64,000 nucleotides of DNA from a virus (lineage: Duplodnaviria; Caudoviricetes), in the IMG/VR virus record IMGVR_UViG_3300044620_001883, positions 64,001-128,000 of that record; one strand, 5' to 3'. The notes below the pieces were generated by a model. The model searched no databases. It was not told where the DNA came from and saw nothing but the letters and a program-made list of their open reading frames with translations. Numbering within the stretch: the stretch's first letter is position 1; every line of letters begins with the position of its first letter. The position numbers and the translations under genes were made by a program. Shown in pieces: positions 47,557 through 56,675 of the stretch.

Positions 47557-47876
47557 TCTTCGAAATTGACGTAGATACCCTGAGGTACGTCGATCAGCAG
47601 CTGAATACCGTGGGGCCGTTCGTGCTTGAGAAAGTCATACAAAAGTACGTAGATCAGATGAAGGCTAAACACCACGCGGCTCTCGCGAAGGAGATCGCGG
47701 AGTTCTTCCAAGCCATCACCGTGAAGGCAGCCTTGGTGTCGTCCGACACCACTTCAGCACACCCTGGGAATGTTCTGCCAGTCATCAGGCTGCGGATTGA
47801 GATCCCGGATGAGATCGCGAAGCGCATTCAGGAGCCTGAGAACGATAAGGATCAGGCACAAAATGGGCGGGCTTGA
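47553..47876 (+). CDS. hypothetical protein
   Basis: ATGA coupling. Confidence 0.55.
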   Translation: MIFEIDVDTLRYVDQQLNTVGPFVLEKVIQKYVDQMKAKHHAALAKEIAEFFQAITVKAALVSSDTTSAHPGNVLPVIRLRIEIPDEIAKRIQEPENDKDQAQNGRA

Positions 47877-47898
47877 TGCCGCCTCGTTAATCTGGGAC

Positions 47899-47931
47899 TC
47901 ACAAACATGAAAATCACAAACATGAAAATCA
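47899..47931 (+). repeat. 15-bp tandem duplication spanning a start codon
   Basis: TCACAAACATGAAAA twice followed by TCA. Confidence 0.85.
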
Positions 47932-48896
47932 GCATCAAGACTCTAGCTAAGCTCAACGTCACCACCATCGCCGCCGCTATCGAGGCCATCGCGGCTGAGC
48001 ATGACAACATCGCCTCTGGCGTGATTGGATCGTCATTTTCCACCAGCGGCCCTGGGTCTGGCTGGAGCAAGCAGCACGATGTGAGCGACTTTGCTCGCCG
48101 TGCTCTGGATGATGGCTATGGGGCGGGAAGCTACATCGATAGCAGCGATGGTCGCGAGGCTACGCTGGACGAAGATGGCGACTTGGTGTGGGCGGATGAG
48201 AGTGTGGTGGAAATCGAGCTGCCGACGGTGGAAGAGGCTCTGGACAACCCTGCCGAGTGGCAGGCGATCAAGGGGGATGCTGCTAGCTATGGCATCGATC
48301 AAGACGACATCGACGAAATCACCGAAGCGATTGAAAATCCTGACAAGTCTGAGGCTGGCAACTGGTCCACCGAGGCCACCTATGGAGTGCTCTGCTCGAC
48401 TGGGGACGGTGAAGACCTCGTCACTGTCGAGGTCCAAGTGGGCGAATGGAATGGGCGCTACTTTATCCGCACCACAGACGACGCTGGTGGCAGCGATGAT
48501 TGCGATAATACACTCTACGCCGACATCGACGAAGCCATTGCCGCCGCGAAAGAGTGGGCAGAAGATCACGACGAAACACCCGACAAAAACGACCTCGCTG
48601 AAGAGATCGCCAAAGACGGGTGGTGGGGCTGTGAGATGACCGCCGACGAAATCTTAGAGATCGCCAATGCCGCAGAAGGTCGCCAATCGGGTTCTCGCCT
48701 CTGGATCAGCAACAAAGGCGGCACCCATTGGGATACCGGCAACACCATCCGAGTGGAAGGCTGGGAAGACTACATCACGATCAGCGCCAACCATGACAGC
48801 ATCGAGGCCGCTTTGATGTCGCTTCAATCCGCAATCAACACCTCCTGGGATGACGCCCACCCTGTCGAGATTCGTGTGACCGCCGCGGTACAATGA
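47907..48896 (+). CDS. very acidic hypothetical protein
   Basis: 329 aa, Asp/Glu-rich, not coupled to either neighbour. Confidence 0.7.
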   Translation: MKITNMKISIKTLAKLNVTTIAAAIEAIAAEHDNIASGVIGSSFSTSGPGSGWSKQHDVSDFARRALDDGYGAGSYIDSSDGREATLDEDGDLVWADESVVEIELPTVEEALDNPAEWQAIKGDAASYGIDQDDIDEITEAIENPDKSEAGNWSTEATYGVLCSTGDGEDLVTVEVQVGEWNGRYFIRTTDDAGGSDDCDNTLYADIDEAIAAAKEWAEDHDETPDKNDLAEEIAKDGWWGCEMTADEILEIANAAEGRQSGSRLWISNKGGTHWDTGNTIRVEGWEDYITISANHDSIEAALMSLQSAINTSWDDAHPVEIRVTAAVQ

Positions 48897-48933
48897 AACT
48901 GCCGTCCCATCCCCACAGGATATCCGGCGTTGA

Positions 48934-49368
48934 ATGGCATGGACTCGGCGGGTGTTCAAACCCCCTGCTGTTTCGGAGACAGGTCAGAGGAACCTGGCAC
49001 TACTACAAGGCATGAAGTCACCGCATATCAAACTGAAGCAGTTCAGAAATGGGCACACCTTTTGGCGTGCTCCGGATAGTAATCGCATTGTCATTTCGGA
49101 CCAATCAGGTGACACACCTGAGCAGACCGACGACGGCGTCCTGTACATTGATGAGAGTCGCGACATGATGGTGCAGTTGCTGGAGGGCAAGATCATCCAG
49201 GCCAACATCCCGGTGGAGCTCAGTAATGGTGCAAAGTCCCGCACGCCAGCCAGCCTCGAAGAGCTCCTGTACTGTCAGGGTGTATGCAACATCATGACGA
49301 CCATATCTGAGCCGGTCATGAACCTCGTTGCTGCATTGGAGAAGCTGGGAATACCTGTACCCGCATGA
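48934..49368 (+). CDS. hypothetical protein
   Basis: ORF tiling; start uncertain. Confidence 0.55.
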   Translation: MAWTRRVFKPPAVSETGQRNLALLQGMKSPHIKLKQFRNGHTFWRAPDSNRIVISDQSGDTPEQTDDGVLYIDESRDMMVQLLEGKIIQANIPVELSNGAKSRTPASLEELLYCQGVCNIMTTISEPVMNLVAALEKLGIPVPA

Positions 49369-49625
49369 GTGCCATTACTGAATCACAAGTCCGAGGAGCC
49401 GTAGGTCGTACTTATTTTACCCTACAGGATGAAGGAGATTACTTCCTCTACGATACCCGGGACAATGGGAGCGTAGGAGATGAGGAAGCAGGAGAGGAAG
49501 ACATCCAGGCCGGACTGAAGTTATCCAAGATCCTCGAGGCTGCGTTCCCGAACCACAAGGTACGGTTTGAAGTCGTGGACGAGTGGGTGCTTGTGAGCAT
49601 CAACAAGGAACCAAAACAAGCATGA
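49365..49625 (+). CDS. hypothetical protein
   Basis: ATGA coupling. Confidence 0.55.
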   Translation: MSAITESQVRGAVGRTYFTLQDEGDYFLYDTRDNGSVGDEEAGEEDIQAGLKLSKILEAAFPNHKVRFEVVDEWVLVSINKEPKQA

Positions 49626-50041
49626 GCGGGACCCCAACCCTTACACCCGAGCAACGCCGTGAAGCTTTGCAGGCGGCCCTGGAGAATTTCCACGGCAGTG
49701 ATCAGTTCCATGAATTCGATCCGTTGATCTGTCGGAACATCTACACCACCGAGGGTGGTCTGTACTTGGCCAAGGAGGCAGGAGCTTTCTGGTTGCTGGA
49801 GTACATCGGCCTGCGCTGTCGTTCGAGTGAATTCCCGAAGATCAAAGCTGAGGAGTTCCAGGTGTGGAAGCTGGTCGTCGACCTGGATATGCACACGGCG
49901 CGCATCTCCTGTGAAGACGGTAACCACAATGAGGTCTTCCATGACGTCATCGAGTACACAAGTTTCCCCTTGCCCACAATTGAGCTGTGGTGCGAGCCCA
50001 ACGAATTCGGCATGACCATCTACCTTCCCGGAGAGCGATGA
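49622..50041 (+). CDS. DUF6876-like protein
   Basis: TEGGLYLAKEAGAFWLL...EEFQVWKL...CEDGN...IEYTSFPL...IYLPGE. Confidence 0.7.
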   Translation: MSGTPTLTPEQRREALQAALENFHGSDQFHEFDPLICRNIYTTEGGLYLAKEAGAFWLLEYIGLRCRSSEFPKIKAEEFQVWKLVVDLDMHTARISCEDGNHNEVFHDVIEYTSFPLPTIELWCEPNEFGMTIYLPGER

Positions 50042-50337
50042 GACAGCTAAAAGAAACGGAGTTCCTGGATCTGTTCGACCCGGGGATCCACAACGCCATT
50101 CTGGCTTCCGCCTCCAGGTACCCTGATTGTGAGGCGGTTGTCTGCTTTGAGAATCAACAGATGGATTCCAGTCAGTTCGGCAAACGCGCAGCCTTGGTGG
50201 TAGGTCCCAGCAACTCCTACACGCTCGCGGATTGCCTGAAGGAGGGTGCACGGCTTGGGGATGTTCCGAGCCGGTTCCAGTATCCGGTCGCGTACGTGGA
50301 CTACCGCAAACCTTCACATGAAGCTACAGCATCTTAA
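50038..50337 (+). CDS. hypothetical protein
   Basis: ATGA coupling; FENQQMDSSQFG. Confidence 0.6.
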   Translation: MRQLKETEFLDLFDPGIHNAILASASRYPDCEAVVCFENQQMDSSQFGKRAALVVGPSNSYTLADCLKEGARLGDVPSRFQYPVAYVDYRKPSHEATAS

Positions 50338-50677
50338 AGATACAGCGTGTCCCTCTTGTGGGGCGCGGGTGACTGGCGAGACTCAGGAGAACCAGCATTG
50401 TAATGGTCAGTGGTTTGAAGCGCAGATATTCAAGTGTGGTTACGTACAAGAATGGGTACCGAACTTTAGCGCAATGCGGGTCACACGCGCGTGCCCGAAA
50501 AGCGCAGAAGAAGTAGAGGACCAGCTGCAACGGGACGCTCTCGACCAGGAACTCTTGGAGGTGTTGCGGGCCAGCAAGGCACCGCCGAAATGGGTAGTGG
50601 GACGCATGAAGGCACTGGGGTTCTACGACCAAGCCGCCGCATGGTATGAAAAGAACCACAATGGGCAGTATCAGTAA
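50318..50677 (+). CDS. hypothetical protein with Zn ribbon
   Basis: CPSCG...HCNG...FKCG. Confidence 0.6.
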   Translation: MKLQHLKDTACPSCGARVTGETQENQHCNGQWFEAQIFKCGYVQEWVPNFSAMRVTRACPKSAEEVEDQLQRDALDQELLEVLRASKAPPKWVVGRMKALGFYDQAAAWYEKNHNGQYQ

Positions 50678-50925
50678 TGCACCAACCCATCAAAATCCTC
50701 TCCATCTGCGGCAAGACCTCAGACATGTGTAGCATCCAGGCGAAGACACAGGACGGGAAGGTAATCACGGAATACAGTGGTTACGTGCCAGACTTCTTCC
50801 CGGGGGAACACTACGGGGATTACTTGATGTTCGACATTGATGTCAAGACAGGCCAAATCCTGAACTGGCCTAAGGGGCTGACACAGGCTGTGCTCAAGCG
50901 CCAGTTGGTTGATCTTGAAGATTAG
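50677..50925 (+). CDS. conserved phage hypothetical protein
   Basis: GYVPDFFPGEHYGDYLMFDIDVKTGQILNW. Confidence 0.65.
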   Translation: MHQPIKILSICGKTSDMCSIQAKTQDGKVITEYSGYVPDFFPGEHYGDYLMFDIDVKTGQILNWPKGLTQAVLKRQLVDLED

Positions 50926-51226
50926 AACCATGACAAGCATTGAGGAAAAAATTGCAAACAAGTTACTACGCCGTGGTAACTGGCACGGGCTGCTCGAACT
51001 GCAGGTTGTACAGGTTGTCTACAAGGGCTGGTGGTGGAACCGCCGGCAGGTTGGGTACCAGGCAGTGGTGACCAACTGGGAACTGATGTATGAACGCTCC
51101 GGTGTACATGCAACTCCGCTGGAGGCCGTTACGGCGGTTGTGGGGCAGATCATCAGTGAAGACGACATGGACATCTGCCTGGAATTTGAGCAGGAAATTG
51201 ACCAGGAGGATACTGCCAGATCATGA
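50909..51226 (+). CDS. hypothetical protein
   Basis: ORF tiling. Confidence 0.5.
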   Translation: MILKIRTMTSIEEKIANKLLRRGNWHGLLELQVVQVVYKGWWWNRRQVGYQAVVTNWELMYERSGVHATPLEAVTAVVGQIISEDDMDICLEFEQEIDQEDTARS

Positions 51227-51720
51227 CGCTCGAGACCACGACACTCTACACATTACGGTTACATCTGCGGCCGTTCTACGCCGCAGGGCTGACGTTTGAG
51301 CAGGTCGCCAGCCTGATCACCAATATCGAGATCGAAGGCAAGAGACTGACTTGCACGCGTGTGGCACATGGCCCTTTCGTGGATGTCCCATTTTCTCCGC
51401 ACAGTCTTGAGCGGGCAATAACGTGGCGAATCGGTGACGCTCTGAATGGTGCCCTTGCTGATCGCATGGCGTCCGCGCGGATACCGAACCTGCGGGAAAG
51501 AGTCTACGCGATCATTGCAGAGCAGCTGGCACTCGACGTTGTACTGGGGGACACACCAGTCAAGGATCTGGGGGCTGACTCGCTGGACGTCGTTGAACTG
51601 GAGATGGCCTTCGAGGAAGAATTCGGTGTCGAGATCCCCACCTACCAGTTCAGTATTACAAGCACCCCACAGGACTTCGCAAGGTGGTTACGGGTGAACG
51701 CGCCGGAGGACTACGCATGA
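51223..51720 (+). CDS. acyl carrier protein domain fused to unknown N-terminal domain
   Basis: [25 protein letters not shown] is a canonical ACP phosphopantetheine site. Confidence 0.85.
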   Translation: MTLETTTLYTLRLHLRPFYAAGLTFEQVASLITNIEIEGKRLTCTRVAHGPFVDVPFSPHSLERAITWRIGDALNGALADRMASARIPNLRERVYAIIAEQLALDVVLGDTPVKDLGADSLDVVELEMAFEEEFGVEIPTYQFSITSTPQDFARWLRVNAPEDYA

Positions 51721-52391
51721 TACACTACCGGTACCGAATTGAAGTCGATGGAGACGCCGAGAGTCCTCGCAAGGCTTTCGACAATGTGGGGACCATGGTC
51801 TGCTGGCACCACCGCTACCAGCTGGGGGACGAGCAGCCCTCCTGCACTCCAGAGGAATACGTGGAGGGGTTGTTTGACAAATGTGTGGACCCGAAGTTCC
51901 CAGCAAATCTGCGCAGGCTTCGCAGCCCTGGGATCCTCAGCAGCCACTACGCCCGGTTGCCCCTTTATCTCTATGACCACTCGGGCATTACCATGAACAC
52001 CACAGGCTTCTCGTGTCCTTGGGATTCAGGCCAGGTGGGGTTCATCTACTGCTCCTTGGAGACGGCCCAGAAGGAGTTCGGGACAGTCGGGGACAAGCGA
52101 GGTTTCAAGGCCATGGTCGAATACGATGGCAAGACCATGACACTCGAGGAGCGTGCTGAGCTGTGTCTCAAACAGGAGGTCGAGACCTACGACCAGTTCA
52201 TCTCCGGGGAGGTGTACTGGTGGTGCGTGGAATCCTGCGAGACCGAGGACGGGCAACCACCAAGCGACATCGACGATGCTGACTGGGAAACCGTGGAGTC
52301 CTGCGGGGGCTGCTACGGTCGAGACTACGCGGAACAGGAGGCCAAGGAGACCTTGGAAGCATGCAAGAAACGCGGACCTGTACTGACATGA
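51717..52391 (+). CDS. conserved phage/MGE hypothetical protein
   Basis: [13 protein letters not shown]...[12 protein letters not shown]...[14 protein letters not shown]...ESCGGCYG. Confidence 0.7.
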   Translation: MIHYRYRIEVDGDAESPRKAFDNVGTMVCWHHRYQLGDEQPSCTPEEYVEGLFDKCVDPKFPANLRRLRSPGILSSHYARLPLYLYDHSGITMNTTGFSCPWDSGQVGFIYCSLETAQKEFGTVGDKRGFKAMVEYDGKTMTLEERAELCLKQEVETYDQFISGEVYWWCVESCETEDGQPPSDIDDADWETVESCGGCYGRDYAEQEAKETLEACKKRGPVLT

Positions 52392-52564
52392 CGGCCGTAC
52401 TGCGCACCTATCAGGGTGAAGACAAGATCGCGGACAAGCTGGTTGAGATCTCGGATGACCACAACTTTGCCGATGGGCCCTACGGGGATACCGTCCCGTT
52501 TGCGGTTGGGAGCAATCAGGCAATCCTGCCTGAGGATGAAGGTTTTTATTTCTTTGAAACATGA
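52388..52564 (+). CDS. small hypothetical protein
   Basis: ATGA coupling. Confidence 0.45.
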   Translation: MTAVLRTYQGEDKIADKLVEISDDHNFADGPYGDTVPFAVGSNQAILPEDEGFYFFET

Positions 52565-52818
52565 GTGCCCTCTATACCTGCAAGTCCTGCCTGAACCCGC
52601 AGGAACTCGTGCCGCCACTCAGCCGGCGCACTGGACCCGATGGTCAACCGATGACCAAAGCCCATGCTCTGTTTCTCTTCTGTCATGATGGGGAATGCGT
52701 GGACTGCTACCTGCAGCGCCGGGACCATGGACCGCCGCCGGTCAGAAGAACGTGGCCGTCACTGTGCTTCCCTGACCTGCCTAACCCACGGAACTGGGTC
52801 ACCCTCAGGACTGCATGA
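52561..52818 (+). CDS. Cys-containing hypothetical protein
   Basis: ATGA coupling; CKSC, CHDGECVDC. Confidence 0.5.
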   Translation: MSALYTCKSCLNPQELVPPLSRRTGPDGQPMTKAHALFLFCHDGECVDCYLQRRDHGPPPVRRTWPSLCFPDLPNPRNWVTLRTA

Positions 52819-53273
52819 GCATCCTCCACTCACTGTTTCCCGGTGGTGCTCCTGAGTTCATGCGTAAGCACAAGACATTCGTCAAAGAGCTGAAGGACAC
52901 CCAGGCTGAGCGGATCTGCAAAGGAACCGTAGAGGGTTGCGAGGTTGTGACTGAACCGTACTACACGGACCGTCGCCACGACCGAGCACACCTGAAGATT
53001 GACGGGGAATCAGCAGGTATTGAGTGGACCAGTATTCCGTGGAGTTGCTTCAAGCCAATCACGGTCTCGTACTGGATGTACATTGACTACTTGGCACGTG
53101 ACCACGCCCTGGCTCTGCTGAAACGTGCCGGTGTTGAGGATGGGTGGGTCCAGGAGGACCCGTATGCAGATCCGGTGCGCTGGGGTGTCCACACGGAATC
53201 AATCGAGAGTGCCGTCAAAGTCTGGAAAGAGTACAAAACATGTTCCAAGAAGGACTCTCAAGCGCAGGAATGA
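52815..53273 (+). CDS. hypothetical protein
   Basis: ATGA coupling. Confidence 0.55.
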   Translation: MSILHSLFPGGAPEFMRKHKTFVKELKDTQAERICKGTVEGCEVVTEPYYTDRRHDRAHLKIDGESAGIEWTSIPWSCFKPITVSYWMYIDYLARDHALALLKRAGVEDGWVQEDPYADPVRWGVHTESIESAVKVWKEYKTCSKKDSQAQE

Positions 53274-54037
53274 GCATAGGCTCGGCGTAACCAATCCAGG
53301 AAGTCTGCTACAGACAGGCTGGCTTTAGCCACGTTGCACGTGCGACAGCAGGTCACCGCATTTTCTACGTTGTAGCCATTCGCATTGTCGCGTCGGTCTA
53401 CGCCATTATAGTAACCATGGGCTAGTGAGGGGTCATCTATGATTTTGCCGGAGGCACAACCAGGCAACCAGCCGCAGTACGCGCATGGTGCTTGTACTAG
53501 TTTCATGAATGTCGTCTTGTCTAAATCGAATGGTAATCCCCGACGTACAGCGTTGCCTTTATAGCGATGCAACAGGATGTTACCGGCCAATACCGGTACG
53601 TCTCGATTTTTGCGTCTTCGCTTTGCTGTTTTTTCTTGCGTTCGTTTCGTACTCTCAATCATTAGACAACCGCAGCTGCGTACAGGCTGAAGTGTCGAAC
53701 GTAGCTTGGTTCCGAATTTCGTAACGGTCTTTCCGCAACTGCAGGAGCAAACCCAACGACGCGCTTTGGGTTTGTTCTTTCCTTCCGGTTGGCTATCAGC
53801 TGCTGCGATAACGGTCAGTCGTCCGAATACTTTGCCGAGCATATCCGCACCTGTGGACCTTTTTCTACAGCCACAACTGCCATGCAGGCCTAGCTGCCTA
53901 GTCTGAATTAGCTGCACGTTTGTACGTGTGAATGTTTTACCGCAGACACATCGGCAATTCCATACGTGATTGCCGATGTGTTTCAGTACAGTGGAATGCC
54001 CAATCTCTATGTTTGTGAAATCTATAAGCTTGCTCAT
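53258..54037 (-). mobile_element. free-standing HNH (His-Me finger) homing endonuclease-like gene
   Basis: Two WxCxCxCG...SCGC modules (FGRLTV), then CAYCG...GVDRRDNANGYNVENAVTCCRTCNVAK. Only convincing minus-strand gene; lower GC than neighbours. Confidence 0.8.
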
Positions 54038-54115
54038 ATGGCGTAAACTTACGCTGCGGTTGTTGACTTTCAATAGTGGGTATTTGATTTGTGGTCTATA
54101 CAGCTTTAGCATCCC

Positions 54116-54472
54116 ATGTTCTCTGTAGGTCAGAAGGTTGTATGTATTTCGGATCAGTTCGCGGCGTGGGTATTTGATCTGTACAAAGCACTCCCCAAGA
54201 AGGACAGCGTGTACACGATCAGGGCAGTAAGATCTGGACGCTCCAATCCCAACTTCGTCGTCAATGACGATGCGGAGATCAAGATGGCAGGAGCCGAGTT
54301 CGACATCCTGGTCCTCCTCCAGGAACTACGCAACCCGGACGATCCGCACTCCTCTGTGAAGCAGGAGCTGGGCTTCCGGGCTGAGCGCTTTGCCGAAATG
54401 CTGGAAGAGTCCGAGGAATGGAAGGATTCCGTTGAAGTGGGGAATGGTGAACTGGTGCCCCTGAACCGATGA
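54116..54472 (+). CDS. conserved hypothetical protein
   Basis: GQKVVCISD...LPKKDSVYTIR...LLQELRNP...ELGFRAERF. Confidence 0.65.
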   Translation: MFSVGQKVVCISDQFAAWVFDLYKALPKKDSVYTIRAVRSGRSNPNFVVNDDAEIKMAGAEFDILVLLQELRNPDDPHSSVKQELGFRAERFAEMLEESEEWKDSVEVGNGELVPLNR

Positions 54473-54828
54473 AATTCCAGGACCTGTGCCAAGCTGGACA
54501 GCGCAAGATCCAGTACGCAATTGGACTCGCGGACGAATCCTGGGAGAACTGCGCAGGCTGGTGGAAGCCTGAAGGCAAAACCGGCAGCGCTGTGGAGGAT
54601 ATGCGCCGTTGGTTCGCAGCCTGGGAAAAGTTCAAGGAATCGATCCAGACACAGGACTTTGAAGACGCGTTCATGCAGTGGTTGGCTGACGCCTTTCCTG
54701 GCAAGGAACTGTTGTCCCCCTTATTCAGTGAAGCAAAGTTTCATGGAGGTCCGAGTCATCTTCGCCTACATGATGCCTATGAGATTGCGAAGCGCCTGAC
54801 ATCAACCCAGGAAGAAGATGACGCCTAG
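54469..54828 (+). CDS. hypothetical protein
   Basis: ATGA coupling. Confidence 0.55.
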   Translation: MKFQDLCQAGQRKIQYAIGLADESWENCAGWWKPEGKTGSAVEDMRRWFAAWEKFKESIQTQDFEDAFMQWLADAFPGKELLSPLFSEAKFHGGPSHLRLHDAYEIAKRLTSTQEEDDA

Positions 54829-55117
54829 ACCCGCCCCACCTCCTCCAGTTCCAGACCCAGCCGCGGAAGCACGCCGCGACGGTGCGACACACATCAATGG
54901 TCACAAGATTCTGGGCCGGCAGCCACCCTGCCGCCGTGACACCCACGAGTGGTCCCAGCTGACCAAGGCCGCGCTAGAATGGCGGGAAGCCGGCAAGACC
55001 GAGCGATTCGGCCCGGGACACCAACGCATTTGCCGCCACGCCGCCGAAGAAATTGAGATCCTCCGGGACTACGGGTTTGAGATCCAGATCGAACCACGTT
55101 GTGTAAAGAAAGCATGA
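54818..55117 (+). CDS. hypothetical protein
   Basis: ORF tiling. Confidence 0.5.
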   Translation: MTPRPAPPPPVPDPAAEARRDGATHINGHKILGRQPPCRRDTHEWSQLTKAALEWREAGKTERFGPGHQRICRHAAEEIEILRDYGFEIQIEPRCVKKA

Positions 55118-55296
55118 TCGAGGCAACAACAACGACCAAGACGACCGTACATCTGACGATGGACGAGGACACAGCAGACTGGCTCCTCAGATACCTGCAG
55201 AATAACGTGCCCGACGAGTCACCCAGCGACGCTGAGATGCGCAGGCTTACCTGGTCTGCTTTGAATACGGCACTCGGCGGTTCGGACCTGGAGTGA
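55114..55296 (+). CDS. small hypothetical protein
   Basis: ATGA coupling. Confidence 0.5.
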   Translation: MIEATTTTKTTVHLTMDEDTADWLLRYLQNNVPDESPSDAEMRRLTWSALNTALGGSDLE

Positions 55297-55823
55297 GTAT
55301 GCACATATCAGCTACCCCCAAGTGGTTTTGGATGATGGAGGCTTGGCGCCGGCCCAGCAAACCAGTTGGGAGTGCGCCAACGCAGTATGGGGAAACGCAG
55401 CTCAATCCAGTCGTGGCAGAACCAACACTATCCAGCACCAAGGCCCTTGAGATCATCAAGGATCGGGCAGAAGCGCGAAAGCAAAAGGAAGAACAGGAAC
55501 GCGTGACCAAGCAGGCTCAGGACGAGGCCGCATTGGCAACACGGCTGAAGCTCTGGGAACCCATCCTGGATATCCTGGCGGCCTTCAAGCAGGAGTACCC
55601 GTACAAGATCACCATTCATGGGGTTGATAAATTGCACATACCGATCAGCTTCGCACTTCACAGACCGCAGTACGTCAATAGCTACGCGTGTCATGTATTC
55701 CCTGCGGGTGGATTTATAATCCAATGTAATGACTTCAGACAGCCATTTGGTCCCGACGGCAGAGCCAACACGGTCGCCGAATTTATCCCACCTTTGATCG
55801 ACCTGTTGTCTGACCTCCTATGA
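55293..55823 (+). CDS. hypothetical protein
   Basis: GTGA coupling. Confidence 0.55.
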   Translation: MSMHISATPKWFWMMEAWRRPSKPVGSAPTQYGETQLNPVVAEPTLSSTKALEIIKDRAEARKQKEEQERVTKQAQDEAALATRLKLWEPILDILAAFKQEYPYKITIHGVDKLHIPISFALHRPQYVNSYACHVFPAGGFIIQCNDFRQPFGPDGRANTVAEFIPPLIDLLSDLL

Positions 55824-56299
55824 ACGACGCGCACGAAAAAATGCCTTTGAACAAGCGTAGCCACGCAGAGTTGAGCCGTTACAAGCAGCAGTTGGAGACA
55901 CAGGTGTCGGCTATCAACCGCGCGCTGCGGGTGAGGCTTCCGAACCATGAGGCGCGCAGGCTCAAGGGAGACAAGCAGCGGCTGCTGCTTGATATCGCTG
56001 CCGTTGAGTCAGCCATCTTGGATCTTCGGGTCATCAACGGCGGGCAGGACACCGCACCTGCCTGGTTGCTGCTGATGCAGTGGGATGAGCGTTGGTTCTA
56101 TTTTGCGACCCGCGAAAACCTGACAGAGATGACGATCGACATGCTGGTGGAAATTGGGCCCGATGCTCCCTGTGTCATGGCGCAGACGCGCCTGACGGAG
56201 GCGCAAGCGGAGCGACTGCCAGCCTGGGTGTGGTTGTTACCCACGGAGCGTGAAGACCTGGACTTCGATGACGCGGATCCCGAAGGCGATGATGAGTGA
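55820..56299 (+). CDS. hypothetical protein
   Basis: ATGA coupling; coiled-coil N-half. Confidence 0.55.
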   Translation: MNDAHEKMPLNKRSHAELSRYKQQLETQVSAINRALRVRLPNHEARRLKGDKQRLLLDIAAVESAILDLRVINGGQDTAPAWLLLMQWDERWFYFATRENLTEMTIDMLVEIGPDAPCVMAQTRLTEAQAERLPAWVWLLPTEREDLDFDDADPEGDDE

Positions 56300-56675
56300 G
56301 GTTGTTCCAGTTCTGCCGTTCAAGATTCTCAGCTCCGAGGTGGTTCCAGGTAAGAATAGCCATGTTACTTGTCTGCGTACGGTTCTACAGGACGCAGCGG
56401 ACAACCAGTGGGTCTTTGACCCGTCGGTGTTGAACATCGAGCTGAAACCATACGTGGAACCGCGTGGGCGTTACTGGCTATTGGACGCTGGTGACGAACA
56501 TCAGGGTCCTGTGTACAGGTCTGTCGAAGATGGGCAACGGCATCCAGGTTGCTACAACTGTGGACTACCCCTGCGTGAGCATCGCGAGAGCAGTACAGGT
56601 AAACGTCGTGGTTGTCCTCCTGACTATGAAGCCATCCTGAAAGAAATCTTGGTTGACCCGCCAGTGCATGAGTAA
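56289..56675 (+). CDS. hypothetical protein
   Basis: ORF tiling; CYNCG..LREH. Confidence 0.55.
   Translation: MMSEVVPVLPFKILSSEVVPGKNSHVTCLRTVLQDAADNQWVFDPSVLNIELKPYVEPRGRYWLLDAGDEHQGPVYRSVEDGQRHPGCYNCGLPLREHRESSTGKRRGCPPDYEAILKEILVDPPVHE

Noticed and set aside
47862-47885. GGCGG/CCGCC hairpin as a terminator
   Set aside because: Only about 5 bp with a long loop and no U-tract.
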